A stretch of DNA of 51,909 nt, counting the filler, from Barthelona sp. PAP020 (lineage: Eukaryota): the NCBI GenBank assembly GCA_040182905.1. It is 2 parts of 2 records of this genome, joined end to end, with 100 filler letters (N's around TTAATTAATTAA, not from the genome) between each part and the next. Parts side by side here need not be neighbours in the genome. Positions count along the whole stretch, not along the records: positions 26,035 to 51,909 come from JARQWU010000142.1; 1 more part is not named here. One strand, 5' to 3'. Shown in pieces: positions 51,008 through 51,909 of the stretch. Both the position numbers and the translations under genes were made by a program. The notes beneath the pieces were generated by a model. It was not told where the DNA came from. It made no database searches and was given only the letters and a program-made list of their open reading frames with translations. Within the stretch, counting starts at the first letter, position 1. Every line of letters starts with the position of its first letter.

Positions 51008-51909
51008 ATGATTGTTAACACTGCAGTTGAAGAAACTGACCCTTATGTTAAGTATAACATGGACCAAGTTGTTGTTCCAGATGGGTTCGATGTGGATGGA
51101 TTTGAAGATAATGGTCGACCAAAGAAGATTTATAATGCATCCTGTGATGGTAATCTTGAGGTTGTTAAGCAGTGTATCAAAGCTGGCGTTGATGTGAACA
51201 AACAAGGCAAGGAAGGAAGGACAACGTTGTATGGAGCTGCTTTTAATGGGCATACAGAAGTTGTTGAGTTTTTGTTGGAATTTGGCGCTGATGTTAATTT
51301 GAGTATGAATGATAGTATTTCTCCATTGTACATCAGTTGTCAAAAAGGTCATCTTGATGTTGCCAAAATGCTCTTGGATCATGGTGCTGATGTAAATTTG
51401 TGTATGAATGACGGTGCTTCTCCATTATTCATCAGTTGTTATCATGGTTATCTTGCTGTTGCCAAAATGCTTTTGGATCATGGCGCTGATGTTAATTTGT
51501 GTACGGACGGTGGATATTCTCCATTGTTCATCAGTTGTCAAAAAGGCCATCTTGATGTTGCCAAGATGCTCTTGGATCATGGCGCTGATGTTAATTTGAG
51601 TACGAATGAGGGTGCTTCTCCATTGCACATCAGTTGTCAAAAGGGCTATCTTGATGTTGCCAGAATGCTCTTGGATCATGGAGCTGATGTTAATTTGTGT
51701 AGGGACGGTGGATATTCTCCATTGTATGTCAGTTGTTATTATGGTTATCTTGATATTGCCAAGATGCTTCTAGATTGTCCCGAAATAAACATATATGGTG
51801 AAGATATGCTGTTATTTTTCAACAGATTGTATACAAGTGATGAACAATGGGAAAAAAACCAATACAGCATTTTGAGCTGTCCCAATTTAAAACATCAATT
51901 GGAGAGTGT
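51008..51909 (+). CDS. Ankyrin-repeat protein, partial (runs off the right edge; absent from the ORF track)
   Basis: Open frame from ATG 51008: NASCDGNLEVVKQCIKAGVDVN, GRTTLYGAAFNGHTEVVEFLLEFGADVN, then five SPLxISCxxGxLxVAxMLLD units. Confidence 0.92.
   Translation, partial: MIVNTAVEETDPYVKYNMDQVVVPDGFDVDGFEDNGRPKKIYNASCDGNLEVVKQCIKAGVDVNKQGKEGRTTLYGAAFNGHTEVVEFLLEFGADVNLSMNDSISPLYISCQKGHLDVAKMLLDHGADVNLCMNDGASPLFISCYHGYLAVAKMLLDHGADVNLCTDGGYSPLFISCQKGHLDVAKMLLDHGADVNLSTNEGASPLHISCQKGYLDVARMLLDHGADVNLCRDGGYSPLYVSCYYGYLDIAKMLLDCPEINIYGEDMLLFFNRLYTSDEQWEKNQYSILSCPNLKHQLES
51283..51776 (+). repeat. 99-bp tandem ankyrin-coding repeats (about five units)
   Basis: GATCATGG.GCTGATGT.AATTTG recurs at 51377, 51476, 51575 and 51674. 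Confidence 0.92.

Noticed and set aside
50888..51679. Minus-strand and off-frame ORFs with 33-aa periodicity
   Set aside because: Antisense or off-frame shadows of the plus-strand ankyrin gene
51283..51776. CRISPR-like regular repeats
   Set aside because: 99-bp in-frame coding ankyrin units with no unique spacers; eukaryotic context and no cas genes

Overview
AT-rich, gene-dense, intron-poor eukaryotic genomic DNA using the standard code (TAA, TAG and TGA all end genes). The one clear intron (38 nt, in Ran) has a branch point fused to the 3' splice site, as in Trichomonas and Giardia, which suggests a metamonad-type protist (inference). The window is two contigs joined by an artificial N/TTAATTAATTAA/N spacer at 25935-26034. 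Recognisable genes (by eye, no database searches): LRRC23-like, VPS26, DUF789-like, Ran, Snf7-family ESCRT-III, a DDB1/CPSF160/SF3B3-type propeller, HDDC2, TRAPPC4 (partial), NEK kinase, ValRS, a PH-domain protein, HPS3, ISOC, a B-box/ARM protein, an ankyrin protein, tRNA-Met and tRNA-Leu. Highlights: (1) an apparently intact 3.9-kb DIRS-like retrotransposon with perfect 47-bp ITRs, RT, RNase H and tyrosine recombinase fused in one ORF, a pseudoknot-like 3' complementary region and two orphan ITR relics; (2) a processive GT2 synthase fused to three H-type-lectin-like domains, a candidate Gal/GalNAc wall-polymer synthase; (3) an identical B-box-like 11-mer 25-26 nt downstream of both tRNA genes, with diverged 360-400 bp repeats and the DIRS element flanking tRNA-Met; (4) a birth-and-death WD40 family with a shared unrecognised C-terminal domain; (5) a degenerate adenylyl-cyclase-like membrane protein.
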